DNA from: Candidatus Krumholzibacteriia bacterium
GTDB lineage: Bacteria > Krumholzibacteriota > Krumholzibacteriia > LZORAL124-64-63
Assembly (NCBI GenBank): GCA_050174015.1
Contig: JBFXKG010000007.1
Location: 1 to 64,000 of the forward strand
Length of the DNA stretch: 64,000 nt
Direction: 5' to 3'
In this document: positions 26,483 to 36,281 of the stretch, one piece after another
Position numbering within the stretch: the first letter of the stretch is position 1
Layout: the number at the start of each line of letters is the position of its first letter
Notes under the pieces: model-generated
Seen by the model: the letters and a program-made list of their open reading frames with translations, nothing else
Told to the model about the DNA's origin: nothing
Database searches by the model: none
Program-made: the position numbers and the translations under genes

Positions 26483-28252
26483 ATGTCGAAGATGCTCAAT
26501 GTCTTGGCTCATTCCCGGCCGATTGCGGCCGTCGGTTTTTTGATCCTGACGGTCAGTCTGATGACCGTGGTCACCGGTTCCGGGAAGGTTCTGGCCGGTA
26601 ACCAGCCGGTCCTTCCCCATCTCGACCAGGCTGCGGGTCCCGAGTTTTCCGGCGAGGGCGGGGGATTCGTCCCCCCCCGGTTCCAGACCGCCCATTACGC
26701 GGATGCGGTCACCGCCAACCTGAGGGCGGACAAAAGCTTGCCCGCATCCTACGACACCAGGCCCCTCGGCTGGGTGACGCCGGTCAAGAACCAGGGCGAG
26801 TGCGGGGCCTGCTATGCGTTCAGCTCGGCGGCCGATCTCGAGTCGAAGATCGCCCGCAGCGCGCTGGGCGCGACCGACCTCTCCGAGAACAGCATGAAGG
26901 AGTGCCATTATCAAGGTTCCAGCTGCGACGGGGGCAACCAGTACCGCATCATGCACTATCTGGCCACGGTCGGGGCGGTCGACGAGACTTGCGATCCGTA
27001 CGATCCGGTCGACGTGGCCTGCACCATCGGCTGCATCCCCCAGTGGGCGGTGCTGGATTTCTCCACCATCAGCGGGGCCACCGTGCCTGCGGCGGCGGTC
27101 ATCAAGCAGTACCTCCTGGACTACGGCCCGATCCACACCACCCTGTTCGCCGGTGACGATGCCAACCCCACCTGGCGCAACACGATCAGCGCATACGACG
27201 GGACCGGAGCCCTCTACTACACCGGCACCGAGACGCCGAATCATTCGGTGGTCATCGTGGGCTGGGACGATGCGATCGCCCACGCCGGCGGGACGGGCGC
27301 CTGGATCGTGAAGAACAGCTGGGGGACCAGCTGGGGCGGGACCTGCGGCTACGGCTCCGAGGGCGGGTACTGCTACATCGCCTACGGATCCGCCAGCGTG
27401 GGGATGTACTCCAGCTTCGTCAAGGCCCTGATGCCGGCGGATCCCGACATGGCCGTGCTCTATCACGACGAGGGTGGATTCACCAGCGCGTTCGGCGGTG
27501 TCGGCTTGACCCTGTGGGGGATGGAGAAGTTCACCGCCCCGGCCGAAACCAAGATCCACCGGGTGGAATTCTGGACCACGGACGTCACGCCCGACGTGGA
27601 CGTCTTCATCTACTCGACCTTCTCGGGCGGCACGCTCAGCAACCTCGTGGCCTCGAGCGTGGACCACAGCTTCGCCGAGCCTGGTTACCACTTCGTGGAG
27701 CTGACCACGCCCCTGAACGTCGGCGCCGGCCAGACCGTCTACGTGGCGGTGCAGTTCCAGAACGGCTCCTACCAGTACCCCCTGGCCGCCGACGCGGACG
27801 GAGTGGCCGCGACCGACGCGAGCTACTACAGCTTCAACGGCTCGGCCTGGTCGACGCTGGAATCCTACGGGGTGGACGGGACCATCCGCATCCGCACCAG
27901 CACCGATGCGGTCCTGGCCGTGGACGACCCCAGCGGCGGGGGCGACCTGGTGCCCGACGGGAACGAGGTTCCCCGTGAACTGACCATCGATGCGGCCTGG
28001 CCCAACCCCTTCAACCCGACCACGAACATCACCTACCACCTGCCCCGGGACGGCCACGTGCTGGTGGCTGTGTACGACCTCAAGGGCCGGAAGGTGCGGA
28101 CCCTCGTGGACGGCGAGCAGCGCGCCGGGTCGCGGACGGTCCTGTGGGACGGCCGGGACGACGCCGGCGCGGGGGTGTCCTCGGGCGTCTATTTCTGCCG
28201 CGTGTTCGCGGCGGACCGGATGCGGGGGATCAAGCTCGCTTTGTTGAAATAG
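26483..28252 (+). CDS. Secreted C1A (papain-family) cysteine protease with lectin-like and FlgD-Ig/T9SS-like C-terminal domains
   Basis: 'KNQGECGACYAF' (Gln/Cys), 'NHSVVIVGW' (His), 'KNSWG' (Asn); 'PNPFNP…WDGRD…SGVYF…LALLK'. Confidence 0.93.
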   Translation: MSKMLNVLAHSRPIAAVGFLILTVSLMTVVTGSGKVLAGNQPVLPHLDQAAGPEFSGEGGGFVPPRFQTAHYADAVTANLRADKSLPASYDTRPLGWVTPVKNQGECGACYAFSSAADLESKIARSALGATDLSENSMKECHYQGSSCDGGNQYRIMHYLATVGAVDETCDPYDPVDVACTIGCIPQWAVLDFSTISGATVPAAAVIKQYLLDYGPIHTTLFAGDDANPTWRNTISAYDGTGALYYTGTETPNHSVVIVGWDDAIAHAGGTGAWIVKNSWGTSWGGTCGYGSEGGYCYIAYGSASVGMYSSFVKALMPADPDMAVLYHDEGGFTSAFGGVGLTLWGMEKFTAPAETKIHRVEFWTTDVTPDVDVFIYSTFSGGTLSNLVASSVDHSFAEPGYHFVELTTPLNVGAGQTVYVAVQFQNGSYQYPLAADADGVAATDASYYSFNGSAWSTLESYGVDGTIRIRTSTDAVLAVDDPSGGGDLVPDGNEVPRELTIDAAWPNPFNPTTNITYHLPRDGHVLVAVYDLKGRKVRTLVDGEQRAGSRTVLWDGRDDAGAGVSSGVYFCRVFAADRMRGIKLALLK

Positions 28253-28394
28253 CTGCGGTCTGGTGGGAATGGCGGCGGTCCCGGGGATGCCCGGGGCCGC
28301 CGTCCGTCTATTGTCCGGCCCGCCGCGCCCGCTGCGCCTGGTATCCGGAAGGATTCGAACGGCGCCATGAAGATAAGGTATTGCAGGATTCCTG

Positions 28395-29381
28395 TCAGGA
28401 AGGGACGGCGTCTGCGGAGGACCGCCGGGGACGGCGGTACTGGGCCTCGATCTGCCGTTCGGTGGGAACGTTGACGTCCCAGATCCAGCCCAGCTTCCGG
28501 AAGGGCGCGATCACCCACCAGGTGGGATCGAACTCCCACCAGCGCAGACCCACCTTGGCCGAGGCGGGAAACGCGTGGTGGTTGTTGTGCCAGCCATCGC
28601 CGAGAAACAGGATCGCGACCAGGACGTTGTTGCGGCTCAGGTCCGTCGTGGCGAAGGGACGGGTGCCGACGGTGTGGCAGAGCGTGACGATGCCCCACCA
28701 CAGGGCGTGCTGGGCCAGGCACATCCGCACCAGGCCGCCCCAGATGAATCCGGTCCAGGCTCCGTGCAGGCTGCCGGTGCCCAGGCCGCCGATCACGGCC
28801 GGGACCAGCAGACCCACCAGGATCCAGAAGACGAACATGCGGTCGATCAGCAGGATGTCCTTGTCGCGCAGGAGGTCCTTGGCGTAGGCATCGGTCTGGG
28901 CGGCGGTGTGCTCGGGCTTGAGCATCCAGGCGAAGTGGGCGTGCCACCAGCCGGCGAATCCGCGGTGAGGAGTGTTGGGCGAATGGGGATCGCCCGGATT
29001 GTCGGAGTGCAGGTGGTGTTGACGGTGGATGGCCGCCCACCAGAGGGGAGGGCCGTCGGCGTTCATGGCCCCGGCGATGATCATCAGCTTCTTGAGGAAG
29101 GGCTTCATCTTCAGGGACCGGTGGGTCATGTAGCGGTGATAGCCCAGCTCGATGCCCAGGACGGTGAAGACGTAGAAGAACACGAGCATGGCCAGATCGA
29201 GGGCCGAGATGCCATCAGTCAGGAGAAGGAAGAGAGCGTAGATCGAGCCGAGGGTCGGCACGACGATGGAGGACAAGGCCACGCCGGCGTAGAGCCACTT
29301 GCCCTGCGTTCCGCTGGCGGAAGCCAGGCCGGAGGCCGGCCGGTCCGAAACCGGCGCACTTTTCTGGTCGGGATGGGTCAC
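28395..29381 (-). CDS. Acyl-CoA/acyl-lipid delta-9 desaturase
   Basis: His boxes 'HRYMTH', 'HRQHH', 'HNNHH'; 'WWEFDPTW'. Confidence 0.92.
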   Translation of the reverse strand: MTHPDQKSAPVSDRPASGLASASGTQGKWLYAGVALSSIVVPTLGSIYALFLLLTDGISALDLAMLVFFYVFTVLGIELGYHRYMTHRSLKMKPFLKKLMIIAGAMNADGPPLWWAAIHRQHHLHSDNPGDPHSPNTPHRGFAGWWHAHFAWMLKPEHTAAQTDAYAKDLLRDKDILLIDRMFVFWILVGLLVPAVIGGLGTGSLHGAWTGFIWGGLVRMCLAQHALWWGIVTLCHTVGTRPFATTDLSRNNVLVAILFLGDGWHNNHHAFPASAKVGLRWWEFDPTWWVIAPFRKLGWIWDVNVPTERQIEAQYRRPRRSSADAVPS

Positions 29382-29519
29382 GCGGCCATCTCGTTTCCTG
29401 GTGGAGGACCTGGATCGGGGGAACCTGTTTCTTTTAAAAGAATACCAAAATTATCCTGAAAATGTCCAGCAAATCATTTTCATGATAAACCTTTGCCGGT
29501 CAACACGATGAGGATGGCC

Positions 29520-30944
29520 CTACCGGACCTCGATCTGCTCTCCGACCTCGCTGACGGCCAGCAGGGGCAGCAGCGAGGGATCCACGTCCACGATCTGCAG
29601 AGGCCGGTTGGTCCGCCAGGAGCCGCGGGTGAAGTCGGGCACCTCGAGGGAATCGGACCTGTCCGCGACCGAGGCGCAGCTCAAGGGAGCCACCGCGCTC
29701 CAGGCCGCGGCGTCGTAGACGTCCTGGTCCAGGGGCAGCCCGTTCTTCAGGCAATAGATCAGACGGTAGTCCATGATGAAGTCCATGCCGCCGTGCCCCC
29801 CGACCTTGCGGGCGACGTCGCCGATCGTCCGGGTGAGGGGGTGCTGGTACCGGGCTTCGAGTTCCTTCATCTCCTCGTCGTCGAGCCAGCGGTGGCCCTT
29901 GCTGTGGAGGCACACGCCCTTGCGGGGCCACTTGCGGGCCATGCCGCGCGATCCCTGCACCAGGTGGATCCGGCTGTAGGCCCGCGGGGTGCTGGTGTCG
30001 TGCTGGACCATGATGGTTTCCCCGCGGGCGCACTTGATCAGCGTGGTGTTCATGTCGCCGCGATAGGAGGGCAGGTCTGCGAACTGCTCGTTGCCCGTCA
30101 GGCGGGCGTGCTCGGTGAAGGCCGCCTGCCGGCTGGACATGCTCGTCAGGTATTCGAACCGATTGCCGCGGTTGACGTCCAGGCACTGGGCGACAGGCCC
30201 GAGGCCGTGGGTGGGGTAGAGGTTGCCGTTGGCCTCGAGGTTGTGCTCGATGCGCCAGTTGCCCTGGTAGATCTCCTGTCCCGGCTGGGGCTGCATGTAC
30301 TCCACGAGGGAATGGATGTAAGCCCCCTCGGCGTGGGTCAGTGCCCCGAACACGCCCTGGCGGACCATGTTCAGGGTCATCAGCTCGAAGAAGTCGTAGC
30401 AGCAGTTCTCCAGCATCATGCAGTGCCTGCCGGTGCTCTCGCTTGTCTCGACCAGTTCCCAGCAGCCGTCCAGGGTGGTGGACGCGGGAACCTCGACTGC
30501 GGCGTGCTTGCCGGCCTGCATCGCGCCCACGGCCATGGGCACGTGCCAGTCCCAGGGGGTGGCGATGTACACGAGGTCGAGGTCGAGCTGGCAGAGGTTG
30601 CGCCAGTCCTCCGGGCCCTGGGTGAATTCCCGGGCGGGACGGCGGCCATGGCGGGCCAGGATTTCCTGGGACTCCGCCACGCCCTGCGGCCGGATGTCGC
30701 AGAGGGCCAAGATGTCCACGTCCTGCATCTTCGCCATCCGCTCGACGGCTCCGGGGCCGCGCATGCCCAGGCCGATCACGCCCACGCGTACCCGGTCCAG
30801 GGGCGGGGCGGCGAATCCGCACATGTTGCGCGGGCCCGCGGCCAGCGCCACCGGCGAGCGGCCGGTCAGGCCGAAGTACCCCAGGGCGCCGGCGGTCAGG
30901 GCGACGGACTTGACGAAGGTGCGGCGGGAGATCGTCGTGCTCAT
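29520..30944 (-). CDS. Tat-exported GH109 (Gfo/Idh/MocA) NAD-dependent alpha-N-acetylgalactosaminidase-like protein
   Basis: 'SRRTFVK' Tat motif; 'IGLGMRG', 'ATPWDWH', 'LENCCY', 'YPTHGLGP', 'GGHGGMD'. Confidence 0.88.
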   Translation of the reverse strand: MSTTISRRTFVKSVALTAGALGYFGLTGRSPVALAAGPRNMCGFAAPPLDRVRVGVIGLGMRGPGAVERMAKMQDVDILALCDIRPQGVAESQEILARHGRRPAREFTQGPEDWRNLCQLDLDLVYIATPWDWHVPMAVGAMQAGKHAAVEVPASTTLDGCWELVETSESTGRHCMMLENCCYDFFELMTLNMVRQGVFGALTHAEGAYIHSLVEYMQPQPGQEIYQGNWRIEHNLEANGNLYPTHGLGPVAQCLDVNRGNRFEYLTSMSSRQAAFTEHARLTGNEQFADLPSYRGDMNTTLIKCARGETIMVQHDTSTPRAYSRIHLVQGSRGMARKWPRKGVCLHSKGHRWLDDEEMKELEARYQHPLTRTIGDVARKVGGHGGMDFIMDYRLIYCLKNGLPLDQDVYDAAAWSAVAPLSCASVADRSDSLEVPDFTRGSWRTNRPLQIVDVDPSLLPLLAVSEVGEQIEVR

Positions 30945-31248
30945 GGCCCCTCCTGGCGGATTCCGGTCGGCGAAACGGGACAGGGATGAGGATGCCGAGC
31001 CCCTCCGGATTTGTCACCAGGAAACCGCTCCCCACCAGGAAGGAACCCGGGTCGCAACCGGTGCGCGCGGGGCGGGCCACGGCAAGGAGGAAACCCGGCA
31101 GGGCTGTGGCGCCTGAAGATCGCCAGGACCGATCTTGATGCCGGGCGATCGGAATGATAGTTTTCGGAGCCGAGGGCCGACAACTTCGGTCCCCTCGGCC
31201 CGCCCCGACGGGGCGGGCGAAGTCCATCTTAATGCAATGAAGGGAATC

Positions 31249-31500
31249 ATGATGAGGAATGTTAGGATCGCCCTGGGTCTGGCGGCGTGCGTCGCCTTGG
31301 CCGCCTTCGCCTCCGGCTGCTCCACCGCCGGACCGTTCGTGACCAACATCTCCAGCGACGGACAGGGCAACATCATCGTCGAGAAGAACATGGTGAAGTA
31401 CAACAGTTTCACCGGCAACGTCTCCACCGGCGAGAATCCCACCGTCCAGACCATCCGGGTCATTCCCGAGAAGACCCAGGACGACAAGGGCGGCAAGTAG
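31249..31500 (+). CDS. Small lipoprotein (83 aa)
   Basis: Signal with ASG-C lipobox, 'CSTAGPFVTNISSDG'; AAGGGA RBS; followed by its own terminator. Confidence 0.78.
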   Translation: MMRNVRIALGLAACVALAAFASGCSTAGPFVTNISSDGQGNIIVEKNMVKYNSFTGNVSTGENPTVQTIRVIPEKTQDDKGGK

Positions 31501-31522
31501 GACTTGCCCTGGATTTCGAGGG

Positions 31523-31558
31523 AAGGTACGGATTGCCCCGGGTAGCCGTACCTTTTTT
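31523..31558 (+). terminator. Rho-independent terminator
   Basis: AAGGTACGG…CCGTACCTT stem followed by a T run. Confidence 0.75.
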
Positions 31559-31597
31559 CCTGTCCTGGAATCCGGTCCAACGGAGGTTCGAATCGCC

Positions 31598-32455
31598 ATG
31601 ATGCGCAGCGCCCTGATCCTTCTTCTGATCCTGACGTCCGCCCATCCCGCAAGTGCGGACGGACCCTGGTTCGACCGCGTCCTGATCACCAACGACGACG
31701 GGGTCGACGATCCCCGCCTCGTCGTCCTGGCGCAGGCCTTCGCCCGGGTGGCCGATGTCGTCGTGGTGGCCCCTTTGGGCAACTGCAGCGGCTCGACGAA
31801 CTACGTCTCGGCCTTCCAGCGCCACGAGGTGGCCGTCGAGCCCCGGGATTTCGGTCCCGGCATCGAGGCCTGGGGCGTGGACGGCTTCCCCGGCGATTGC
31901 GTTCTCCTGGCGCTGACCGGCATGATGGCCGCCGACCCGCCCGACCTGGTTCTCAGCGGCATCAACAGCGGACCCAACCTGGCCGACGCCTACCTGGCAT
32001 CGGGCACCATCGGGGCGGCCCGCCTGGCCACCCAGCTGGGCGTGCCGGCGATCGCCTTTTCCAACCTCGATCCGGACGATCCGACCATGGTGGCCGCCGT
32101 GCCGGAGTGGTGCGTGGAACTGGCTTCCGGGGCCGTGGCCGGGAGCCTGGAACCCGGCCGGTACCTGTCCGTCAACTTTCCCGATGGTCCCGTGGACCGG
32201 GTGCTGGGCGTCTGCTGGGCGGCCCCTGGAAACGAGGTCTTTCACGACGCCTTCGAGCCCGGGGGAACCGACGTTCAGGGCCGGCGCATCTGGACGCAGC
32301 GCTGGTGGTTCGATGACGGGGACGACCAGCCCGAGGACGGGGACGTGGCGAAGCAGCGCGCGGGATGGATCACGGTGACCCCTATGCGGCTGGGGGATCT
32401 GGATGTGCCCGCGCTGAATGCCCGCTTTGCCCTCCCCGCCTGGGAAAGCCCCTGA
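31598..32455 (+). CDS. surE: SurE-family 5'/3'-nucleotidase with signal peptide
   Basis: 'LITNDDG', 'VDGFPGDCV', 'SGINSGPN', 'SGTIGAA', 'ITVTP'; N-terminal hydrophobic segment ending ASA. Confidence 0.85.
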   Translation: MMRSALILLLILTSAHPASADGPWFDRVLITNDDGVDDPRLVVLAQAFARVADVVVVAPLGNCSGSTNYVSAFQRHEVAVEPRDFGPGIEAWGVDGFPGDCVLLALTGMMAADPPDLVLSGINSGPNLADAYLASGTIGAARLATQLGVPAIAFSNLDPDDPTMVAAVPEWCVELASGAVAGSLEPGRYLSVNFPDGPVDRVLGVCWAAPGNEVFHDAFEPGGTDVQGRRIWTQRWWFDDGDDQPEDGDVAKQRAGWITVTPMRLGDLDVPALNARFALPAWESP

Positions 32456-32516
32456 ACCATCCCCGATCGCCTGTTTGGGACCGGATGGTTCACCCACTCC
32501 AACCAATCCCGGTAGC

Positions 32517-32680
32517 GAACGTGTGGTCGGAACCCTGAAACCGAGTGTCTCGATCAAGTGATGGTCTCCACCCGGGATCACCTGCGCCGCAGCCTGAAAT
32601 CCTACCTGGAAATGCCACCCCGACTGCCGATGGCCGGGGGAGGAGGATCGGTCTACCCAGGAACTCCAAAACATCGCTGA
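32517..32680 (+). pseudogene. Decayed fragment of an IS-type integrase-core (rve/DDE) transposase
   Basis: ERVVGTLK / frameshift / ECLDQVMVSTRDHLRRSLKSYLE…LPMAGG resembles 'ERxIGxxRRECLDHVIV…HLRRILxxY…PxxGGLHH'. Confidence 0.6.
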
Positions 32681-33008
32681 AAACCTGGATTGAAGGCTGT
32701 TTTCGGGGATGTAGGTCCCCCGGGGGGCGATTTTGGATACTATTATCAGCAAACAGGAGAGGAACCGAGCCAAGATCACGCCCTTTTCGGCGCAGATGGG
32801 GTTTTGACTTGGAACACTTCAATCTGAATACCTCTTTTGGACAGGTCTGGGCGCCCACCAGCCGAATAGTTTCTTAAAACACTACGGCAATCCGGCGAAA
32901 TGGAACCGGTTACCCGCTCCCTCGCGGTACCCCGCGCCACGGTCGTGTGTTATATTCCGCCCAGCCGGTCATTGAGTCCCTGATCCGATCCCGAACCGAG
33001 GTCCCTCC

Positions 33009-33911
33009 TTGACCACCGGTCTGGTCTTCAACATCCAGCGCTTCAGCCTGCACGACGGTCCGGGCATCCGCACCACCGTCTTCCTCAAGGGTTGCCCCCT
33101 GGAGTGCCGGTGGTGCCACAATCCCGAAGGGCAGTCCTTCTCCGCCCAGCCCCTGGTCAAGATCGAGCTCTGCACGGCGTGCGGGGCCTGCGTCGAGCAT
33201 TGCCCCAGCGGGGCGGTGACCATGACCGCAAGCGGTCCGGTCACGCGAGGCGACCTGTGTACCGCCTGCGGCGCCTGCACCGAGTCCTGTCCCCAGGAGG
33301 GCCGCACCATCGCCGGCAGGATGATGACCCCGATCGAGGTGGCGGACGAGGCCGCCCGCGACCTCCCCTTCTACGGCCCCACCGGCGGCGGAGTGACGTT
33401 CAGCGGGGGCGAGGCCATGGCCCAGATCGATTTCCTGGTCGAGGCCCTGACGGCCTGCCGGGAGCGCGGGCTGCACACCGCCGTGGACACTGCGGGATGC
33501 CTGCCCTGGAGCCACTTCACCAGGGTGCTGCCCCTGGTCGACCTCTTCCTCTACGACCTGAAGATGATGGACGCCGGACGCCACCGGGAGCAGACCGGGG
33601 CGTCCAACCGTTCCGTCCTCGAGAACCTGGAGCGGCTGGCGCGGCGGGGGGATCCTGTGGTCGTGCGCATCCCGGTCATTCCCATGGTCAACGACGATGA
33701 CGCCAACCTGGAGGCCACCCTGGCCTTCCTGCGCCGTCACGGGCTGAACCGCGTCGATCTGCTGCCCTTCCACCAGCTGGGCCGCGGCAAGGCCCCGCAG
33801 GTGGGGCGGTCATGGTCCCTGGGCGAGGTCCCCGGTCTCGAGCCGGTCGATCTCGACCGCATCCGGGCCCGGTTCGCCCAGGCCGGTCTGGCCGTCACCA
33901 CCGGAGGCTGA
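33009..33911 (+). CDS. Glycyl-radical enzyme activating enzyme with ferredoxin insertion
   Basis: 'HDGPGIRTTVFLKGCPLECRWCHNPE'; two CxxCxxCxxxCP motifs; 'GGVTFSGGE'; TTG start. Confidence 0.95.
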   Translation: MTTGLVFNIQRFSLHDGPGIRTTVFLKGCPLECRWCHNPEGQSFSAQPLVKIELCTACGACVEHCPSGAVTMTASGPVTRGDLCTACGACTESCPQEGRTIAGRMMTPIEVADEAARDLPFYGPTGGGVTFSGGEAMAQIDFLVEALTACRERGLHTAVDTAGCLPWSHFTRVLPLVDLFLYDLKMMDAGRHREQTGASNRSVLENLERLARRGDPVVVRIPVIPMVNDDDANLEATLAFLRRHGLNRVDLLPFHQLGRGKAPQVGRSWSLGEVPGLEPVDLDRIRARFAQAGLAVTTGG

Positions 33912-33914
33912 GCG

Positions 33915-36272
33915 GTGAACGAGAGGGTCAGGAAGCTCAGGGAAGAAAGCCTGCGAGCCGTACCGGCCCTCAGCTCGGAGCGGGCCCGCCTGATCCACGA
34001 GGCCTACCTGGAGTTCGAGGGAGCCGAACCGGCCCCCGTCCTGCGGGCCCTGGCCTTCAAGCGCCTGATGGAGCGCCGCACCCTGTGGATCGGGGAGGGC
34101 GAGCTGATCGTCGGCGAACGCGGCGAGGCCCCCGCCCTGACCCCCACCTACCCCGAACTCTGCTGCCACACCCTCGAGGACCTGCACGTCATGGACGTGC
34201 GTGACCGGATCTCCTTCCGGGTGGACGATCGGATGCGCCGCCTGCAGGAAGAGACCATCATTCCCTACTGGCGGGAGCGGTCCATGCGCGAGCGCATCCT
34301 GCGGCGGATGACCCCGGCCTGGAAGGATTGCTACGCCGCAGGCATCTTCACCGAGTTCATGGAGCAGCGGGCCCCCGGCCACACCGTGGCCGACGGGAAA
34401 TTCTACGAGCGGGGTTTCGCGGACTTCAAGGCGGACATCGAGGCCAGGCTGGCCGCCGAGACGGACCAGGACGAGGCTGCCCGGGCCAGGCGGGACCAGT
34501 GGCGGGCCATGGCCATCTGTTGCGATGCGGTCATGATCCTCGGCAGGCGGTACGCGGCCTACGCGCGGGATCTCGCGGAGATCGAACCCGACCCGGCCCG
34601 ACGAGGCGAGCTCGAAGCCATCGCCGCCCGCTGCGACCGCGTCCCGGCCCGCGCCCCCCGCACCTTCGCCGAGGCCCTGCAGATGTACTGGTTCGTCCAC
34701 CTGGGGGTGGTCAGCGAGCTGAACGTCTGGGATTCCTTCAGCCCCGGCCGCCTGGACCAGCACCTCGAGCCCTTCTACACGCGCGAGCTGGCAGCCGGGA
34801 CGCTGACCAGGGAGCAGGCCGAGGAACTGCTGCAGTGCTTCTGGGTCAAGTTCAACAACCAGCCGGCCCCGCCCAAGGTCGGGGTGACCCTCAAGGAGAG
34901 CGGCACCTACACCGACTTCGCCAACATCGGCAGCGGGGGTTTGACCGCCGACGGCCGCGACGGCGTCAACGAGGTGTCCTACCTGGTGCTGGACGTCGTG
35001 GACGAGATGCGGCTGCTGCAGCCGTCGAGCAACGTGCAGGTCAGCCGCCTCAATCCCGATCGCTTCCTCAAGCGCGCCTGCGCCATCGCCCGCAGGGGCT
35101 GGGGCCAGCCCTCGTTCTTCAACGCCGAGGCCGTGGTGCAGGAGCTGGTGAACATGGGCAAGACGCTGGAGGACGCCCGCTGCGGCGGCACCAGCGGCTG
35201 CGTGGAGACCGGAGCCTTCGGGAAGGAAGCCTACATCCTGACCGGGTACTTCAACCTGCCCAAGGTCCTGGAGATCACCCTGCACGACGGGCGCGACCCG
35301 CGCACCGGCAAGCAGCTGGGGCCGGTGACCGGTCCGGCGGCAGGATTCGGGTCCTTCGAGGAGTTCTGGGAGGCCTACCGGATCCAGCTGGAGCACTTCA
35401 TCGGGATCAAGATGGAGGGCAACGACGTCATCGAGGAGCTGTACGCCCGGCACCTGCCCGCGCCCTTCCTCTCCGTGGTGATCGACGACTGCATCGCCGC
35501 CGGCAAGGACTACAACGCCGGCGGGGCCCGCTACAACACGAGCTACGTCCAGGGGGTGGGGATCGGCAGCATGGCCGACAGCCTGGCGGTCCTGAAGACC
35601 CACGTCTTCGACCAGGGGTCGTTCACCTTGGCCGAGCTGCTGGCGGCCCTGGCGGACGACTTCCAGGGGCACGACCGCATCCTGCGCCTCGTGCGCGACC
35701 GCACCCCGAAGTACGGCAACGACGACGACCGCGCGGACGACCTGATGCGCCTGGCCTTCGCCGCCTACTTCGACGCGGTGGACGGGCGGCCCAACCGCAA
35801 GGGCGGCGCCTATCGCATCAACATGCTGCCGACCACCTGCCACGTGTACTTCGGGTCGGTGATCGGGGCCCTGCCCGACGGGCGCCGGGCCGGTCTGCCC
35901 CTGCCCGAGGGGATATCCCCCAACAAGGGCGCCGACCGCCGCGGGCCCACCGCGGTGATCCGCTCGGCGGCCAAGATGGATCACCTGAGCACCGGGGGAA
36001 CCCTGCTGAACCAGAAGTTCACGCCGGCGATCCTGGAGGGGGAGAAGGGACTGGACGTCCTGGCGGGCCTCGTGCGGGGCTACTTCGCCCTGGACGGCCA
36101 CCACATCCAGTTCAACGTCGTGGGCCGCGAGACCCTGCTGGAGGCCCAGCGCAAGCCCGAGGAATACAACGACCTGATCGTGCGCGTGGCCGGCTACAGC
36201 GACTACTTCAACAACCTGGACCGGGCGTTGCAGGACGAGATCATCGCCCGCACCGAGCAGGGCGCCGACTGA
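33915..36272 (+). CDS. hypD: Glycyl radical enzyme, trans-4-hydroxy-L-proline dehydratase
   Basis: 'EFMEQRAPGH', 'WDSFSPGR', 'KESGTYTDF', 'GTSGCVE', 'AYILTGY', 'MLPTTCH', glycyl loop 'RVAGYS'. Confidence 0.9.
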   Translation: MNERVRKLREESLRAVPALSSERARLIHEAYLEFEGAEPAPVLRALAFKRLMERRTLWIGEGELIVGERGEAPALTPTYPELCCHTLEDLHVMDVRDRISFRVDDRMRRLQEETIIPYWRERSMRERILRRMTPAWKDCYAAGIFTEFMEQRAPGHTVADGKFYERGFADFKADIEARLAAETDQDEAARARRDQWRAMAICCDAVMILGRRYAAYARDLAEIEPDPARRGELEAIAARCDRVPARAPRTFAEALQMYWFVHLGVVSELNVWDSFSPGRLDQHLEPFYTRELAAGTLTREQAEELLQCFWVKFNNQPAPPKVGVTLKESGTYTDFANIGSGGLTADGRDGVNEVSYLVLDVVDEMRLLQPSSNVQVSRLNPDRFLKRACAIARRGWGQPSFFNAEAVVQELVNMGKTLEDARCGGTSGCVETGAFGKEAYILTGYFNLPKVLEITLHDGRDPRTGKQLGPVTGPAAGFGSFEEFWEAYRIQLEHFIGIKMEGNDVIEELYARHLPAPFLSVVIDDCIAAGKDYNAGGARYNTSYVQGVGIGSMADSLAVLKTHVFDQGSFTLAELLAALADDFQGHDRILRLVRDRTPKYGNDDDRADDLMRLAFAAYFDAVDGRPNRKGGAYRINMLPTTCHVYFGSVIGALPDGRRAGLPLPEGISPNKGADRRGPTAVIRSAAKMDHLSTGGTLLNQKFTPAILEGEKGLDVLAGLVRGYFALDGHHIQFNVVGRETLLEAQRKPEEYNDLIVRVAGYSDYFNNLDRALQDEIIARTEQGAD

Positions 36273-36281
36273 CGGCGGACC

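Noticed and set aside
25289..28057. 922-aa ORF as one protein
   Set aside because: Only the last 323 aa (from ATG 26260 with RBS) look real; the rest is antisense to the papain gene
31570..31600. GGTTCGAATC resembling a tRNA T-loop
   Set aside because: No T-stem, acceptor stem or anticodon arm can be formed; it overlaps the GGAGG RBS of surE
33915..36272. Pyruvate formate-lyase or choline TMA-lyase assignment
   Set aside because: Single-Cys GCVE loop rather than the PFL Cys-Cys pair, and HypD-type motifs are present; no microcompartment genes nearby
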